A stretch of DNA of 64,000 nt from an uncultured delta proteobacterium (GTDB taxonomy: Bacteria; Desulfobacterota; Desulfobacteria; Desulfobacterales; QNYZ01), in the NCBI GenBank assembly GCA_963845145.1, contig CAWJQU010000013.1:155980-219979 (forward strand), read 5' to 3'. Below the pieces are notes generated by a model. It had not been told where the DNA came from. It saw only the letters and a program-made list of their open reading frames with translations, and did not search any database. A program made the position numbers and the translations under genes. This document shows, one piece after another, positions 20,151 to 30,825 of this stretch; positions within the stretch are counted from its first letter, which is position 1, and every line of letters begins with the position of its first letter.

Positions 20151-21560
20151 CTATTGGTTGTCAATCTGTTGGTTGTCAATCTGTCGGTTGTCAATGATGG
20201 TGCCGGCTTGAACGATCATCTGGGAAATAGCGGGGTTTTTAATCGTAACACGCCCTTTGATGGTCACTTGGGCTTCAAAAGCCACATCGCCCTCAATAGA
20301 CAAAGATTCACATTCGATAAGTGATGGAATCCCGACTGCAAAGCGGGCATCAAAGTCGTCAATTTTCTGATAATAGCGATTGTCCAGCCCTATTTGAATA
20401 GGCGGTCGTTTGCGGTTGGGGTTCGAATGCAGCGTGAAATCGTGATTGAGCAGGAAACAATCGGAACGGACTGCCAGGAGGTCACTGCATTTTTTGATAG
20501 GCATAAACCGGCTGCGGGGCACGCGGACGGCAGTGGCGTCCTCAAACAGGGAGATGGCCGCACCCATGGCCGTTTCAATCTGATATACAGGCGGGCTGGT
20601 GTCATCCCGCGGGGCCACTGTTTTGGGGTTGATAATTATGGGCAAATGAATCGCGCCTTCTTTTTGAATGAGTGCCCCGATTTTTTCCAGATCCACCCAG
20701 ATATTATTGGTATTAAAATAGCGGTATTGTCGAATGTCTTTAAATGCGTCAATTTCATTTTCCGGGCACTGGGCCGACTCTCTCAATACCAGCCGGCCGT
20801 CGAAGCGCCTGGCAATATGGCCGCCCTTGATATCCGACGGTGTTTTTTCAGCCACCTCCATCATGAAAGGGAAGTTTTTTTCGGAAAAATACCCTAGTAA
20901 ACCGGCATCTAAAGTGGCACCCAGATTATCCGAGTTGGCGATAAAGGCGTATTTTATCCCGTGATCAAGAAGGTTTTTAAGCATACCGGAGGCTGATAGG
21001 GCCGTAAAAATATCCCCATGCCCCGGTGGGTTCCACTCCAGAGAAGGATCGGCAGGCCATGTCACTGGTGTCAGGGTGTCCTGTCGAATTTTGGGAAATT
21101 TGTTCTGAATGAACAACAGCGGGTTTTGCTTCGGGCCGATGGCGTTCAGGGCCGCAATGGTTTCCTCGTGGGTGCTGAAACTGTTCATCAGGGCCAGCTT
21201 GACACCTTGATATTCTACCTGTCCCAGAATGATCCCGAGAAAAGAATGATCGTCTTTAATCGGCAAGAGCGATTTGGGGCCGGTTAGACCCATGGAAGTG
21301 CCGAGGCCGCCGTTCAGTCGTATCATTATGGCCTTGCGCTCGACGGTCTTGCCTTTCTCAATAAAGGGGTTGAGGTCTTCGAATGAGGCAATCTCTTCAG
21401 GAAGTATTGGGGCAATGTCGGCATTGCAGATCAAACCGCTTTCGCCGCTGGCTACCTGACCGTAATAGTGGGCAAAGGTATCGATAACCACCGGCGGCAG
21501 ACCGCCGATCTTCATTTTTTCTTTAAACAAGGTCAGCTTATCTTTCAAGTGATCATTCAT
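20151..21560 (-). CDS. UTP--glucose-1-phosphate uridylyltransferase (eukaryote-type UDPGP family)
   Basis: LNGGLGTSMG..GPKS, WNPPGHGD, DNLGA, KGGH, FNTNN, ETAMGAA. Confidence 0.93.
   Translation of the reverse strand: MNDHLKDKLTLFKEKMKIGGLPPVVIDTFAHYYGQVASGESGLICNADIAPILPEEIASFEDLNPFIEKGKTVERKAIMIRLNGGLGTSMGLTGPKSLLPIKDDHSFLGIILGQVEYQGVKLALMNSFSTHEETIAALNAIGPKQNPLLFIQNKFPKIRQDTLTPVTWPADPSLEWNPPGHGDIFTALSASGMLKNLLDHGIKYAFIANSDNLGATLDAGLLGYFSEKNFPFMMEVAEKTPSDIKGGHIARRFDGRLVLRESAQCPENEIDAFKDIRQYRYFNTNNIWVDLEKIGALIQKEGAIHLPIIINPKTVAPRDDTSPPVYQIETAMGAAISLFEDATAVRVPRSRFMPIKKCSDLLAVRSDCFLLNHDFTLHSNPNRKRPPIQIGLDNRYYQKIDDFDARFAVGIPSLIECESLSIEGDVAFEAQVTIKGRVTIKNPAISQMIVQAGTIIDNRQIDNQQIDNQ
20154..20195. 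repeat. 15-bp tandem repeat (about 3 units) at the UGPase 3' end
   Basis: TTGGTTGTCAATCTG-like units encoding IDNRQ-IDNQQ-IDNQ. Confidence 0.8.
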
Positions 21561-21578
21561 TACGGCAAAGCCCAGAAC

Positions 21579-22643
21579 TTAGGTAACCGGCTCAATCCAC
21601 GCCAATTTATCCTCGGTACGGCCATATTGAATATCGGTGATGGTCTGATAAAGTTTTTTCGCCAGAGGGCCAACCTTACCATCCGTAACCTTGATCACCT
21701 GGTCGTCGTATTTCAGCTCCCCCACTGGGGAAATCACCGCTGCAGTACCGGAACCGAAAATTTCCTGAAGGCGACCCCCGGCATGGGCCGACATGATTTC
21801 AGTGATACTGATTTGGCGCTCGGCGACTTTCATATTCCACGATTTGGCTAACGCGAGCACGGAATTGCGGGTAATACCCGGTAAAATACTGCCGCTTAAA
21901 GCGGGGGTGACTAAGGTGTCATCGATAACGAAAAAGATATTCATCGAACCGACTTCTTCAATATTCTCCCGCTTGATGCCATCCAGCCACAACACCTGGG
22001 TGTAACCATTTTCGTGGGCCATGTCGCCGGCGAACAGGCTGGCGGCATAATTACCGGCTGTTTTGGCTTCCCCCACACCGCCGGGCACGGCCCGTACATG
22101 GTCTTTGGATACCCATATTTTAACCGGGTCAAACCCTTCTGGATAATAAGCGCCCACAGGAGATAGAATAATAAAAAAGCGGTAAGTAAAGGACGCACGC
22201 ACACCCAGATATGGATCTGTGGCAATAACGGTGGGGCGAATGTACAAAGACGTTTCGGGCGCCGACGGAACCCATCTTTGTTCATGTGTCAGTAATTGTT
22301 TTAATGCGTCCAGAGCGGCCGCTTCATCAAATTCGGGAATACAGAGCATACGACACGATCGATTGAGCCGTTTAAAATTGTCTTTGGGACGGAATAATTG
22401 AATCCGGTCGTCGTCGGTACGATAGGCCTTTAGCCCCTCGAAAACGGCCTGGCCGTAGTGAAGGACCATGGTGGAGGGGTCCATGGCAATGGGCGCGTAG
22501 GGCTCGATGCGGGGGTTGTGCCAACCATCTTCCGGATTATAGTCCATGTTGAACATATGATCGGTGAAAATCGTGCCGAATCCGAGTTTGGATTGGTCGG
22601 GCAGGGCACTTAATTGATCAGCTTTACATATTTTTACCGACAT
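21579..22643 (-). CDS. ilvE: Branched-chain amino acid aminotransferase
   Basis: LHYGQAVFEGLKAY, LYIRP, KTAGNYA, EVGSMN, ILPGITR, GTAAVISP. Confidence 0.95.
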   Translation of the reverse strand: MSVKICKADQLSALPDQSKLGFGTIFTDHMFNMDYNPEDGWHNPRIEPYAPIAMDPSTMVLHYGQAVFEGLKAYRTDDDRIQLFRPKDNFKRLNRSCRMLCIPEFDEAAALDALKQLLTHEQRWVPSAPETSLYIRPTVIATDPYLGVRASFTYRFFIILSPVGAYYPEGFDPVKIWVSKDHVRAVPGGVGEAKTAGNYAASLFAGDMAHENGYTQVLWLDGIKRENIEEVGSMNIFFVIDDTLVTPALSGSILPGITRNSVLALAKSWNMKVAERQISITEIMSAHAGGRLQEIFGSGTAAVISPVGELKYDDQVIKVTDGKVGPLAKKLYQTITDIQYGRTEDKLAWIEPVT

Positions 22644-22827
22644 TTTTCGTTCCTTATTAGTTAGGCTTGGTTTCGGTTAACAATTAAGGGGCGTCCCTTT
22701 GGGCTATTCGCTCGTTTGAGCCGTGTAAATAAGGTTTCAGGTTAACCCATCCGGGAAAATAAAATCAAGTTTAAAGTGAGAACACCTGCGTCCTTGGAAA
22801 AAATGGTCGAATATTGAGGGGGCCGTA

Positions 22828-23925
22828 TTAATAGATAGAAAGCGAGGTTTTTGCATCAAAAATATGCAGATGTTTCAGGTTGAAGGCGAGCTTCATTTTT
22901 TCGCCGACGTTAATGATTCTTCTTCCCTCACTTCTAGCGATAAATTTTACACCTTGAAGATCGACGTGCATATTGGTTTCACCGCCCAAAGGTTCGACGA
23001 CTTCAACCACGCCGTCCACTTTCCACGCTTGCGGGACGTTAGTGTCACCGTTATCAACGATTAAATCTTCTGTGCGCAGACCCATGACGACTTCCATCCC
23101 AGCAGCGATGGTGGCATCTGATTTTTTCGGAATGGGGATCTGTATTGAGCCGGGAAATTTAAGTTCTAGCTCTGTACCGGATAGGACAATTTTGGCTGGG
23201 ACCAGGTTCATGGGCGGGCTGCCGATAAATCCGGCTACAAAAGTGTTTCCCGGCTTCTGAAACAGTTCGATGGGTTTTCCAATCTGTTCAATATATCCGG
23301 CCCGCATGACGACTATTCGATCAGCCAGGGTCATTGCCTCCACCTGGTCATGCGTTACATAAATAATGGTGGTTTGAACGGTTTGGTGGAGCAGTTTTAT
23401 TTCCGTGCGCATCTGTGTGCGCAGCTTGGCGTCCAGGTTGGATAGAGGCTCGTCAAACAGAAAGATGGATGGCTTTCGGACCATGGCTCTTCCCATGGCA
23501 ACCCTTTGACGCTGACCGCCCGACAATTGGTAGGGTTTACGTTTGAGAAGATCGCTGAGTTCCAAAATATCTGCCACCTCGTTTACCCTCTTTTGGATTT
23601 CAGCGGCAGGGGTTTTGCTCAGCTTTAGCCCAAAACTCATATTGTTGAAAACGTCCATGTGGGGGTACAAGGCGTAGTTTTGAAATACCATCGCCGCTCC
23701 CCGGTCTTTCGGCGCGATATCGTTTACAACCCGATTATCAATGCGAATCTCCCCTTTGGTAATTTTTTCCAAACCGGCAATTAGCCTTAATACCGTTGAT
23801 TTACCGCAACCAGACGGGCCCACAAGGACCACAAATTCCCCGTCGCTGATATCAAGATCAACGCCATGAATCACTTCTATTTTGCCGAATCTTTTTACAA
23901 TACCTTTTAAGGTGACGCTTGCCAT
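22828..23925 (-). CDS. ugpC: ABC transporter ATP-binding protein, UgpC/MalK family
   Basis: [33 protein letters not shown]. Confidence 0.88.
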   Translation of the reverse strand: MASVTLKGIVKRFGKIEVIHGVDLDISDGEFVVLVGPSGCGKSTVLRLIAGLEKITKGEIRIDNRVVNDIAPKDRGAAMVFQNYALYPHMDVFNNMSFGLKLSKTPAAEIQKRVNEVADILELSDLLKRKPYQLSGGQRQRVAMGRAMVRKPSIFLFDEPLSNLDAKLRTQMRTEIKLLHQTVQTTIIYVTHDQVEAMTLADRIVVMRAGYIEQIGKPIELFQKPGNTFVAGFIGSPPMNLVPAKIVLSGTELELKFPGSIQIPIPKKSDATIAAGMEVVMGLRTEDLIVDNGDTNVPQAWKVDGVVEVVEPLGGETNMHVDLQGVKFIARSEGRRIINVGEKMKLAFNLKHLHIFDAKTSLSIY

Positions 23926-24242
23926 TATTACGCCCCATGCTGGTTTTTTTTCTTGCGAGTAAAGGAGATCAAGCTGCTATCCTGATTTGCCAAACAATAT
24001 TGAAACCATTTTTGTATCACAATGTCAAGAATTGATGGCTTTGTTAAAAAGCTGAAATTTCAATTTATCATGTTTATTGCATATATTTGAAATTAAGGCA
24101 TTTATTTATATTACAACCGGGCTTTTTCAGTATTTATTTCTTGACTCACCGGCAAATTCTTCCTAACCTTACGGCGGATTAAATATCGTTGTTCAAGCGG
24201 TTAAAGTGATAGATCAACTTTAGATGAACAAAGGAGGGTGAA

Positions 24243-25577
24243 ATGAAGAAAACGCGCAGAATATCTCTTATCGGTGTACTTGGCGTTACCTTGATATTTT
24301 TTGCCGGTCAGGCACTGGCCGCGCCAATAACCCTCAATTGGTGGCACGCCATGAAGGGGGCGCGCGGCGAAGTCGTCAATACCATGATAAAGGCATTTAA
24401 TGACTCGCAGTCTGACTATGTCGTGGTGGGAGCGTATAAGGGAAATTATGACGAAACCGTGAATGCCGGTGTTGCCGCCTATCGTGCCAAAAAACAGCCC
24501 CACTTGCTACAGGCCTTTGAGGTCGGTACACAGACCATGATGCTTTCCGGTGCGGTCTATCCCGTCTTCAAGCTCATGAAAGATGAGGGGCATAATATTG
24601 ATTGGTCCGGATATCTCCAACCGGTTCTCTCTTATTACATGAATGCAGATGGCAACCTGATGTCCATGCCTTTTAATTCATCCACGCCGGTGATGTATTA
24701 TAATGTGGATCTTTTTAAAAAGGCCGGCATCGCGGCACCCCTGTCAAAGACCGAGCCGATCACTTGGGATGCGCTGGGCGACATTACCGGAAAGCTCGTT
24801 AAATCCGGCGTGGCCGGCGGTATGGTTACCGGATGGCAGTCCTGGACACAGGTTGAAAACTACAGCGCCATCCATAATATTCCTTTTGCCACCAGGGCCA
24901 ATGGATATGAAGGCCTTGATTGCGAACTGACCATCAATAACCCCAAGGTAGTTAATCATATTACCCGGTTGAAATCCTGGATGGCCGACAAGCGATTTTT
25001 TTACGGTGGTCAAAAATTCCAGGGACCCAAGGCGGAGTTTATAGCGCAGAATGCAGGGGTTTATATCGACTCCATTAGCGCTATTGCCAAATTACAAAAG
25101 GCCGTGAAAGATTTCACCTGGGATGTGGCGCCCTTGCCGGTAGAAGCATGGATGAAAGAACCACAGAACAGCATTATTGGCGGCGCTTCGCTTTGGGTGT
25201 TCAATGGGCATGACAAAAAAGATTATAAGGGCGTTGCCGCCTTTTTAAACCATATGGCCACCCCGGAGATGCAGATGTACTGGCATAAGGAAACCGGGTA
25301 TTTTCCGATTACATTGAAGGCCTATGACACGCTTAAAGAGCAGGGATATTATGAGGAGAACCCTCTCAAGGAAGTCGGCATCAAACAGCTGACCCGGCGG
25401 ATTCCAACCAAAATTTCCCGTGGTCTTCGCCTGGGATACTTTATTCAGATCCGAAATATCATCAACGAAGAGTTTGAACTGGTATGGAACGACACGAAAA
25501 CGCCCCAGGCCGCCCTTGATAACGCCGTAAAGCGGAGCAACCTGAAGTTGCGTGAATTTGAAAAAGTGTACAAATAA
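24243..25577 (+). CDS. ugpB: ABC transporter substrate-binding protein, UgpB-like (sn-glycerol-3-phosphate)
   Basis: Signal peptide, WWHAM, YKGNYDET, MPFNSSTP, NSIIGGASLW. Confidence 0.85.
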   Translation: MKKTRRISLIGVLGVTLIFFAGQALAAPITLNWWHAMKGARGEVVNTMIKAFNDSQSDYVVVGAYKGNYDETVNAGVAAYRAKKQPHLLQAFEVGTQTMMLSGAVYPVFKLMKDEGHNIDWSGYLQPVLSYYMNADGNLMSMPFNSSTPVMYYNVDLFKKAGIAAPLSKTEPITWDALGDITGKLVKSGVAGGMVTGWQSWTQVENYSAIHNIPFATRANGYEGLDCELTINNPKVVNHITRLKSWMADKRFFYGGQKFQGPKAEFIAQNAGVYIDSISAIAKLQKAVKDFTWDVAPLPVEAWMKEPQNSIIGGASLWVFNGHDKKDYKGVAAFLNHMATPEMQMYWHKETGYFPITLKAYDTLKEQGYYEENPLKEVGIKQLTRRIPTKISRGLRLGYFIQIRNIINEEFELVWNDTKTPQAALDNAVKRSNLKLREFEKVYK

Positions 25578-25603
25578 GTTTTTCCGAAAACCACGTCTAA
25601 TTT

Positions 25604-25641
25604 AAACAGCGTTTCTCTCGTTAGGGGGAAACGCTGCTTTA
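25604..25641 (+). terminator. Stem-loop after ugpB (terminator or mRNA stabiliser)
   Basis: CAGCGTTTCTCT...GGGGAAACGCTG followed by CTTT. Confidence 0.55.
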
Positions 25642-25721
25642 GGGCTCTGGGAAGAACGCATTCCACATAAAATGATACCATTGGGGAATGTTTTGTCTCT
25701 ACGGCCTGGCATGAAGTCGAT

Positions 25722-26612
25722 ATGATTAAACGGTCATTCTTTACCTCTAAATCCCTGCCTTATCTTCTGATACTGCCCCAGTTTCTGATTACGGCAACCT
25801 TTTTTTACTGGCCGGCATTGCAGGGGATAGCGCAGTCAGTTATGCGCAGCGATCCTTTTGGACAGCGCAGCGTGTTTATCTGGCTGGAAAATTTCACCGC
25901 GCTTTTTGCCGATCCGCTGTATCTCAAATCTATTGGAATTACACTTTTCTTCAGTGCATCTGTGGCGGTCGTTTCAATTTCTATCGGTCTTTTTATCGCC
26001 ACCATGGCCAATCGCGCATTGAAGGCAAAGGCATTGATTCGTACCATGCTGGTCTGGCCTTATGCAGTCGCACCGGCTATTTCCGGTATCTTATGGCTTT
26101 TCCTGCTTCACCCGTCTTATGGTATTGTTTCTATAACCATTAAGCGGTGGTTCGGGATTGACTGGAATCCTGTACTGGATGGAAAAGATGCACTGTTTAT
26201 GGTGATTATCGCCAGTGCCTGGAAAGAAATCTCCTATAATTTTGTTTTTTTTATCGCCGGTATGCAGGCAATCCCCAAATCGCTGATCGAAGCCGCGGCC
26301 ATGGATGGCGCCAGCCCATTTAGAAGATTTTGGAAAATAACCCTCCCGCTGCTGTCGCCCACGCTCTTTTTCCTGACGGTAATGAATATTATCTACGCTT
26401 TTTTTGAAACTTTCGGCGTGATTCACATGATGACCCAGGGAGGCCCGGGCGGTGCGACCAATATTTTAGTCTATAAAGTTTACCAGGACGGGTTTATCGG
26501 CCTGGATATGGGTTCTTCGGCCGCACAGTCCATTGTATTGATGAGCCTGATCATCGTTATAACTGTTTTTCAATTCAAATATGTGGAAAGAAAGGTCCAA
26601 TACGCGGGATGA
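25722..26612 (+). CDS. ugpA: ABC transporter permease, UgpA-like
   Basis: TM helices, EAAAMDGA loop. Confidence 0.85.
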   Translation: MIKRSFFTSKSLPYLLILPQFLITATFFYWPALQGIAQSVMRSDPFGQRSVFIWLENFTALFADPLYLKSIGITLFFSASVAVVSISIGLFIATMANRALKAKALIRTMLVWPYAVAPAISGILWLFLLHPSYGIVSITIKRWFGIDWNPVLDGKDALFMVIIASAWKEISYNFVFFIAGMQAIPKSLIEAAAMDGASPFRRFWKITLPLLSPTLFFLTVMNIIYAFFETFGVIHMMTQGGPGGATNILVYKVYQDGFIGLDMGSSAAQSIVLMSLIIVITVFQFKYVERKVQYAG

Positions 26613-26618
26613 GCGGCA

Positions 26619-27539
26619 ATGGTTGAAAAAACCCCCATTTTAGACACCCTGACCTATGTGTTTTTAATACTGGGAATTGTTATCGTCGGGTTTCCAATTA
26701 TTTATTCTATTATTGCGGCCACGCTTCCCATCGAAGAAGTGTCGAAAGTTCCCATGCCATTTATCCCTGGTGATCAATTTTGGGTGAATATTCAAACTGC
26801 CTGGGAAAAGGGGAATTTGGGGACCAATTTGATCAATTCTTTCATCATGGCTTCCGGCATCACTTTTGGTAAAATTTTCGTATCCATGCTCGGCGCGTTT
26901 TCTATAGTCTATTTCGATTACCGTCTCCGAACCGTCGCCTTCGTAACCGTGTTTTGCACATTGATGCTTCCCGTCGAGGTCAGAATTCTTCCCACCTATG
27001 AGATGGCTGCTAATGTATTCGGGCCACTTCAGCCGGTGTGGGATTTGCTGCACCTAAATGGTCTGGTGAGCTGGTTTGCCGGGCATGAAATCGAGGTGGC
27101 GCTGGAATGGAGCCTTCTGGACAGCTACCCCGGATTAATATTGCCCCTGGTCGCTTCGGCAACATGCACGTTTCTTTTTCGGCAGTTTTTTCTTACCATT
27201 CCAGAAGAACTCTGTGAAGCGGCTAAAATGGACGGCGCCTCGCCGATGGTTTTTTTTCGAAAGATCCTCTTTCCCCTTTCCAAAACCAATATCGCTGCTC
27301 TGGTCGTTATCGAGTTTGTCTATGGCTGGAACCAGTATCTGTGGCCATTGCTCATCACCACCAATCCCAAAATGTTGACTGCGGTGATCGGCCTTCAGAA
27401 CCTGATCCCGGCCGCAGATGATCTCCCCTACTGGAATGTGGCCCTTGCCGGTACACTGATTGTTATGCTGCCGCCTGTTTTGGTTGTCCTGTTAATGCAG
27501 CGCTGGTTTGTCAAAGGCCTTGTGGACCCCGAAAAATAA
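26619..27539 (+). CDS. ugpE: ABC transporter permease, UgpE-like
   Basis: MLPVEVRI, FLFRQFF, EAAKMDGA, WNQYLWPL. Confidence 0.85.
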   Translation: MVEKTPILDTLTYVFLILGIVIVGFPIIYSIIAATLPIEEVSKVPMPFIPGDQFWVNIQTAWEKGNLGTNLINSFIMASGITFGKIFVSMLGAFSIVYFDYRLRTVAFVTVFCTLMLPVEVRILPTYEMAANVFGPLQPVWDLLHLNGLVSWFAGHEIEVALEWSLLDSYPGLILPLVASATCTFLFRQFFLTIPEELCEAAKMDGASPMVFFRKILFPLSKTNIAALVVIEFVYGWNQYLWPLLITTNPKMLTAVIGLQNLIPAADDLPYWNVALAGTLIVMLPPVLVVLLMQRWFVKGLVDPEK

Positions 27540-27630
27540 TTTTTCTTGTGGGGTATTCCTACCTGCTTACGGCGGCCCTAATAATAAAAAAAAACGTCAA
27601 GGTCGTCATTGAAACGGCTTTAAGATGTCT

Positions 27631-28419
27631 TTAACGCAATAGATGGTCTACAATTTCTGCAAAACCGTTTCCCCCGATTCGGCTGGCTCTGTAGGGCGGC
27701 AGGTATTTTAGCTGATTCTTGAAATTCAGAATGTTTTTTACCCCCGCCGAATGGGGAAAAAATCGAAACATCGGCTCATCATTGGGGGAGTCGCCCACAT
27801 ATAAGATGTGCTCTTTTTCATCATTTAATTTTAATGTGAAAACTTCGTCAAGTAACAACCGGGTCATTGAAAGCTTATCGTAATCTCCGAACCAGCCGTT
27901 CACATGAATAGAGCTGACCTTGGCCATTGCACCGGCCCGAACAAAGAGGTCGACAATGTCCTTGATCGCCGATTGGGGCAACGGGTTGACATCCTCGCAA
28001 AAATCGATGGCCAGATCCGCTTCACGATATGCCTGATCCGCCGATACACCGCAGCCAGGGACTTGTTTTAAAATGGTCATCTGCAAGGCTGCCAATTTTT
28101 CCCGATCCTCGGCTCGTTGCGCGGCGGTTTTCCAGTACCGTCGTATCATCTTCTTCTTTTGATCGTCGTAGCTGAAATAAAACGCCCCGTTTTCCCCCAC
28201 CACCGCATTAACGGGCCACATCCGAGCAATATGATCGCACCAGCCGGCCGGCCGGCCGGTGATGGGAATGACGACCATTCCGGCGGACTGCAGGCGTTCC
28301 AGAGCGGTAAAGGCGATAGCCGGCAGGCGGCCTTCGATGGTCAGGGTATCATCGATGTCGGTAAGGACGAATTGGATGCGCTTTTTTTCAGATTCCGGAA
28401 ACGTTTCAAATGGTTTCAT
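27631..28419 (-). CDS. HAD-IIB family hydrolase
   Basis: DIDDTLT, TGRPAGW, GDSPND motifs. Confidence 0.88.
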   Translation of the reverse strand: MKPFETFPESEKKRIQFVLTDIDDTLTIEGRLPAIAFTALERLQSAGMVVIPITGRPAGWCDHIARMWPVNAVVGENGAFYFSYDDQKKKMIRRYWKTAAQRAEDREKLAALQMTILKQVPGCGVSADQAYREADLAIDFCEDVNPLPQSAIKDIVDLFVRAGAMAKVSSIHVNGWFGDYDKLSMTRLLLDEVFTLKLNDEKEHILYVGDSPNDEPMFRFFPHSAGVKNILNFKNQLKYLPPYRASRIGGNGFAEIVDHLLR

Positions 28420-28610
28420 GCGGTTCCCTTTTGTTTTGTGTACCATCTTGTGGATCATCGGCATGTAACACGATCCAACGGTTTTTGAAAAGCCGACGGA
28501 GACAGCCTTTTGTGTTGATACCGTATTGACACTTGCGTCGCCCCATGGCTAGTGTTACGCATCACGAACCATCAAAATGATTAAATGATATAAAAAATAA
28601 AGGATCCCAC

Positions 28611-29405
28611 ATGGAACAATCAGAAAAACCGGATGAACAGGCAGCCAGTATTGATCCGGTAAAGCTCAATAAAAAAAGCCCCTTTGCCTTCGAATGCCAC
28701 AAAATGGTTAAATGTTTCACCAAATGTTGTCGCGGGATCAACATCGTCCTGACCCCGTACGATGTCATTCGTTTGAAAAACCGGATGAACCTGCCGTCGG
28801 ATGAGTTTTTAGCGATTTACACCAAACCGGAGTTGTTGGAGAAAACGGATTTGCCGGTGGTCACCTTAAAAATGCTTGATGACGAGCAGGAGTCGTGTCC
28901 CTTTGTGCGCGATGATGGATGCCTGGTCTATGAAGATCGCCCTTCCTCGTGCCGCTACTATCCTTTAGGCGTGGCTTCGTTAAGTCACAAAGAGGGTGCC
29001 GACGATGAGGGGTTTTATTTTTTTGTGCACGAATCTCACTGTTTGGGTTTCGAAGAGAAAAAAGATTGGACTGTTGAAAAATGGCGCAAAGATCAGGGGG
29101 TCGACATTCATGATGAAATTAACGCCGAGTGGACCGACCTGGTTGTGCGCAAACGTTCGTTTCCCAAAAACGTCATGCTTACAGAAGAGGCCAAGAAGAT
29201 GTTTTTCCTGGCGAGTTACAATATCGATAAGTTCAAGGAATTTGTTTTTGACAGTAGCTTTCTGGATCGTTACGCTATCGATTCCGAAACGATTGCGGAC
29301 TTAAAAAAAGATGAAATTGCCCTGCTGAAATTCGGTATGCGCTGGATTAAATTTTTATTGTTCAAAGAGGGGGATTTCGAATTAAAAAAGGCGCCTGCCG
29401 ACTGA
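28611..29405 (+). CDS. YkgJ family Cys-cluster (Fe/Zn-chelating) protein
   Basis: CFTKCC, LTPYD, CPF...C.VY..RP..CRYYP. Confidence 0.85.
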   Translation: MEQSEKPDEQAASIDPVKLNKKSPFAFECHKMVKCFTKCCRGINIVLTPYDVIRLKNRMNLPSDEFLAIYTKPELLEKTDLPVVTLKMLDDEQESCPFVRDDGCLVYEDRPSSCRYYPLGVASLSHKEGADDEGFYFFVHESHCLGFEEKKDWTVEKWRKDQGVDIHDEINAEWTDLVVRKRSFPKNVMLTEEAKKMFFLASYNIDKFKEFVFDSSFLDRYAIDSETIADLKKDEIALLKFGMRWIKFLLFKEGDFELKKAPAD

Positions 29406-29543
29406 TGCAAGACCTTTTAGGGTGAATGCGCGCAGATTACGATCATTAAATCCGAAGGCCCGATGCCCTCCCCGATGCCCCCTATGGTTGGGCCTCAAAA
29501 TGATCGGGCCTCAAAAGCGGGTTGCGTTAGCCTATATCAGATT

Positions 29544-30581
29544 TTATTCATACGTCTCGTAACAAAGTCCCTCCCAGTTGGCCGGGTCCTCCAGACGTGC
29601 GGAAATATCCACATCGAAAAAGTCAGCCAGTGGCCGAAAAATTTCGGGATTATCGGTTTGAACTTTACGGGCAGCTTCCAGGACGACGTTGAGGCCGTTA
29701 CGACTCATTTTTCCCAGTGGCTGGCGGCAGCTGCCGGAGGGCATACCGAGAACGCGCATCAGGGTTTTGATCCCCAGAGGGTTTCGGGCACGGCAGATCA
29801 CCTCGCCGAAGGGGGTTTGTTCGGTGGTTTTTATGGTTACCAGACCGAACAGTGGTGCCAGGGCCCTATTGAGGCTTTGCGCTTTTTCCTTGTCGCCTTC
29901 TTGAAAACTGCGCACCATCTCAACCACGGCACCGGGGACCACATTTGATACAACGGATATGACGCCTGCGGCACGAATATCGGCGTCGGCCATCATATCA
30001 TGGGTCAACCCGTCGTCACCGGACAGAATCGTAAAATCGGGGCCACAACATTGGCGCGTACGGCGCATGTTGTCCAGATTCGCGGTAGCTTCTTTGACCG
30101 TGTCGACATTTTTATATTTTTGGCTGAGCAGCGCCAGATCTTCCGGTAACAATTGGGCGCCCGTGCGTCCGGGGATCACGTAAGGGATAATGCGGGTCTC
30201 CGGGAAAGCGGCGGCAATCGGGGCCACATATTCATTGCGGATTTCCAGTGAACTGGGCCCGTTGTAGTAGGGGTCCACCAACAACAGGGCATCCGCGCCG
30301 GCGGCTACAGCATGCCGGGAACCTTCAAGGGCCTCCGCCGTGTTGTTGCTGCCCGTACCCGCGATGCAGATACATTTGTCCTTTGTTTCTGCGGCGATTT
30401 TTTCGATCACGGTATTATGCTCTTCCCAATTCAACACCGGACTTTCACCGGTGGTCCCCACTGCCAGGATCCCACTGGTCCCACTGTCTATTTGATAGGC
30501 GACCAAGCGAAGCAATCCCTCTTCATCTACGATATCGTTTTTAAAAGGCGTGATGAGCGCTGTGTAACATTCTGTCGGCAT
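29544..30581 (-). CDS. dapA: 4-hydroxy-tetrahydrodipicolinate synthase
   Basis: TALITPF, GTTGES, GTGSNNT, PYYN, PGRTG, KEA, LSGDD. Confidence 0.9.
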   Translation of the reverse strand: MPTECYTALITPFKNDIVDEEGLLRLVAYQIDSGTSGILAVGTTGESPVLNWEEHNTVIEKIAAETKDKCICIAGTGSNNTAEALEGSRHAVAAGADALLLVDPYYNGPSSLEIRNEYVAPIAAAFPETRIIPYVIPGRTGAQLLPEDLALLSQKYKNVDTVKEATANLDNMRRTRQCCGPDFTILSGDDGLTHDMMADADIRAAGVISVVSNVVPGAVVEMVRSFQEGDKEKAQSLNRALAPLFGLVTIKTTEQTPFGEVICRARNPLGIKTLMRVLGMPSGSCRQPLGKMSRNGLNVVLEAARKVQTDNPEIFRPLADFFDVDISARLEDPANWEGLCYETYE

Positions 30582-30825
30582 TGTCTCCTCCTGATGATCG
30601 GACTTGGGTTTAAAAAATCGCGTATTTGCACGATGGGCACTGAAACAGTAAAAAGTTAAAAGGGATCAGGGCATTTATGTCAAGAAAAAAGATACTTTCT
30701 GTGGCCTCAGTCATACAATAGAGACCGAAAAAAATCCACTGGACAGGGGCCGGGCTTTCGCTTGACAAACGTCGCAAAGCGATAATACTTGTAGAATTAT
30801 TAATCAACGAAATATCAAGGAAAAG

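Noticed and set aside
29458..29520. Short duplications CCCGATGCCC x2 and GGGCCTCAAAA x2
   Set aside because: Two copies each in a convergent intergenic gap; consistent with local slippage.
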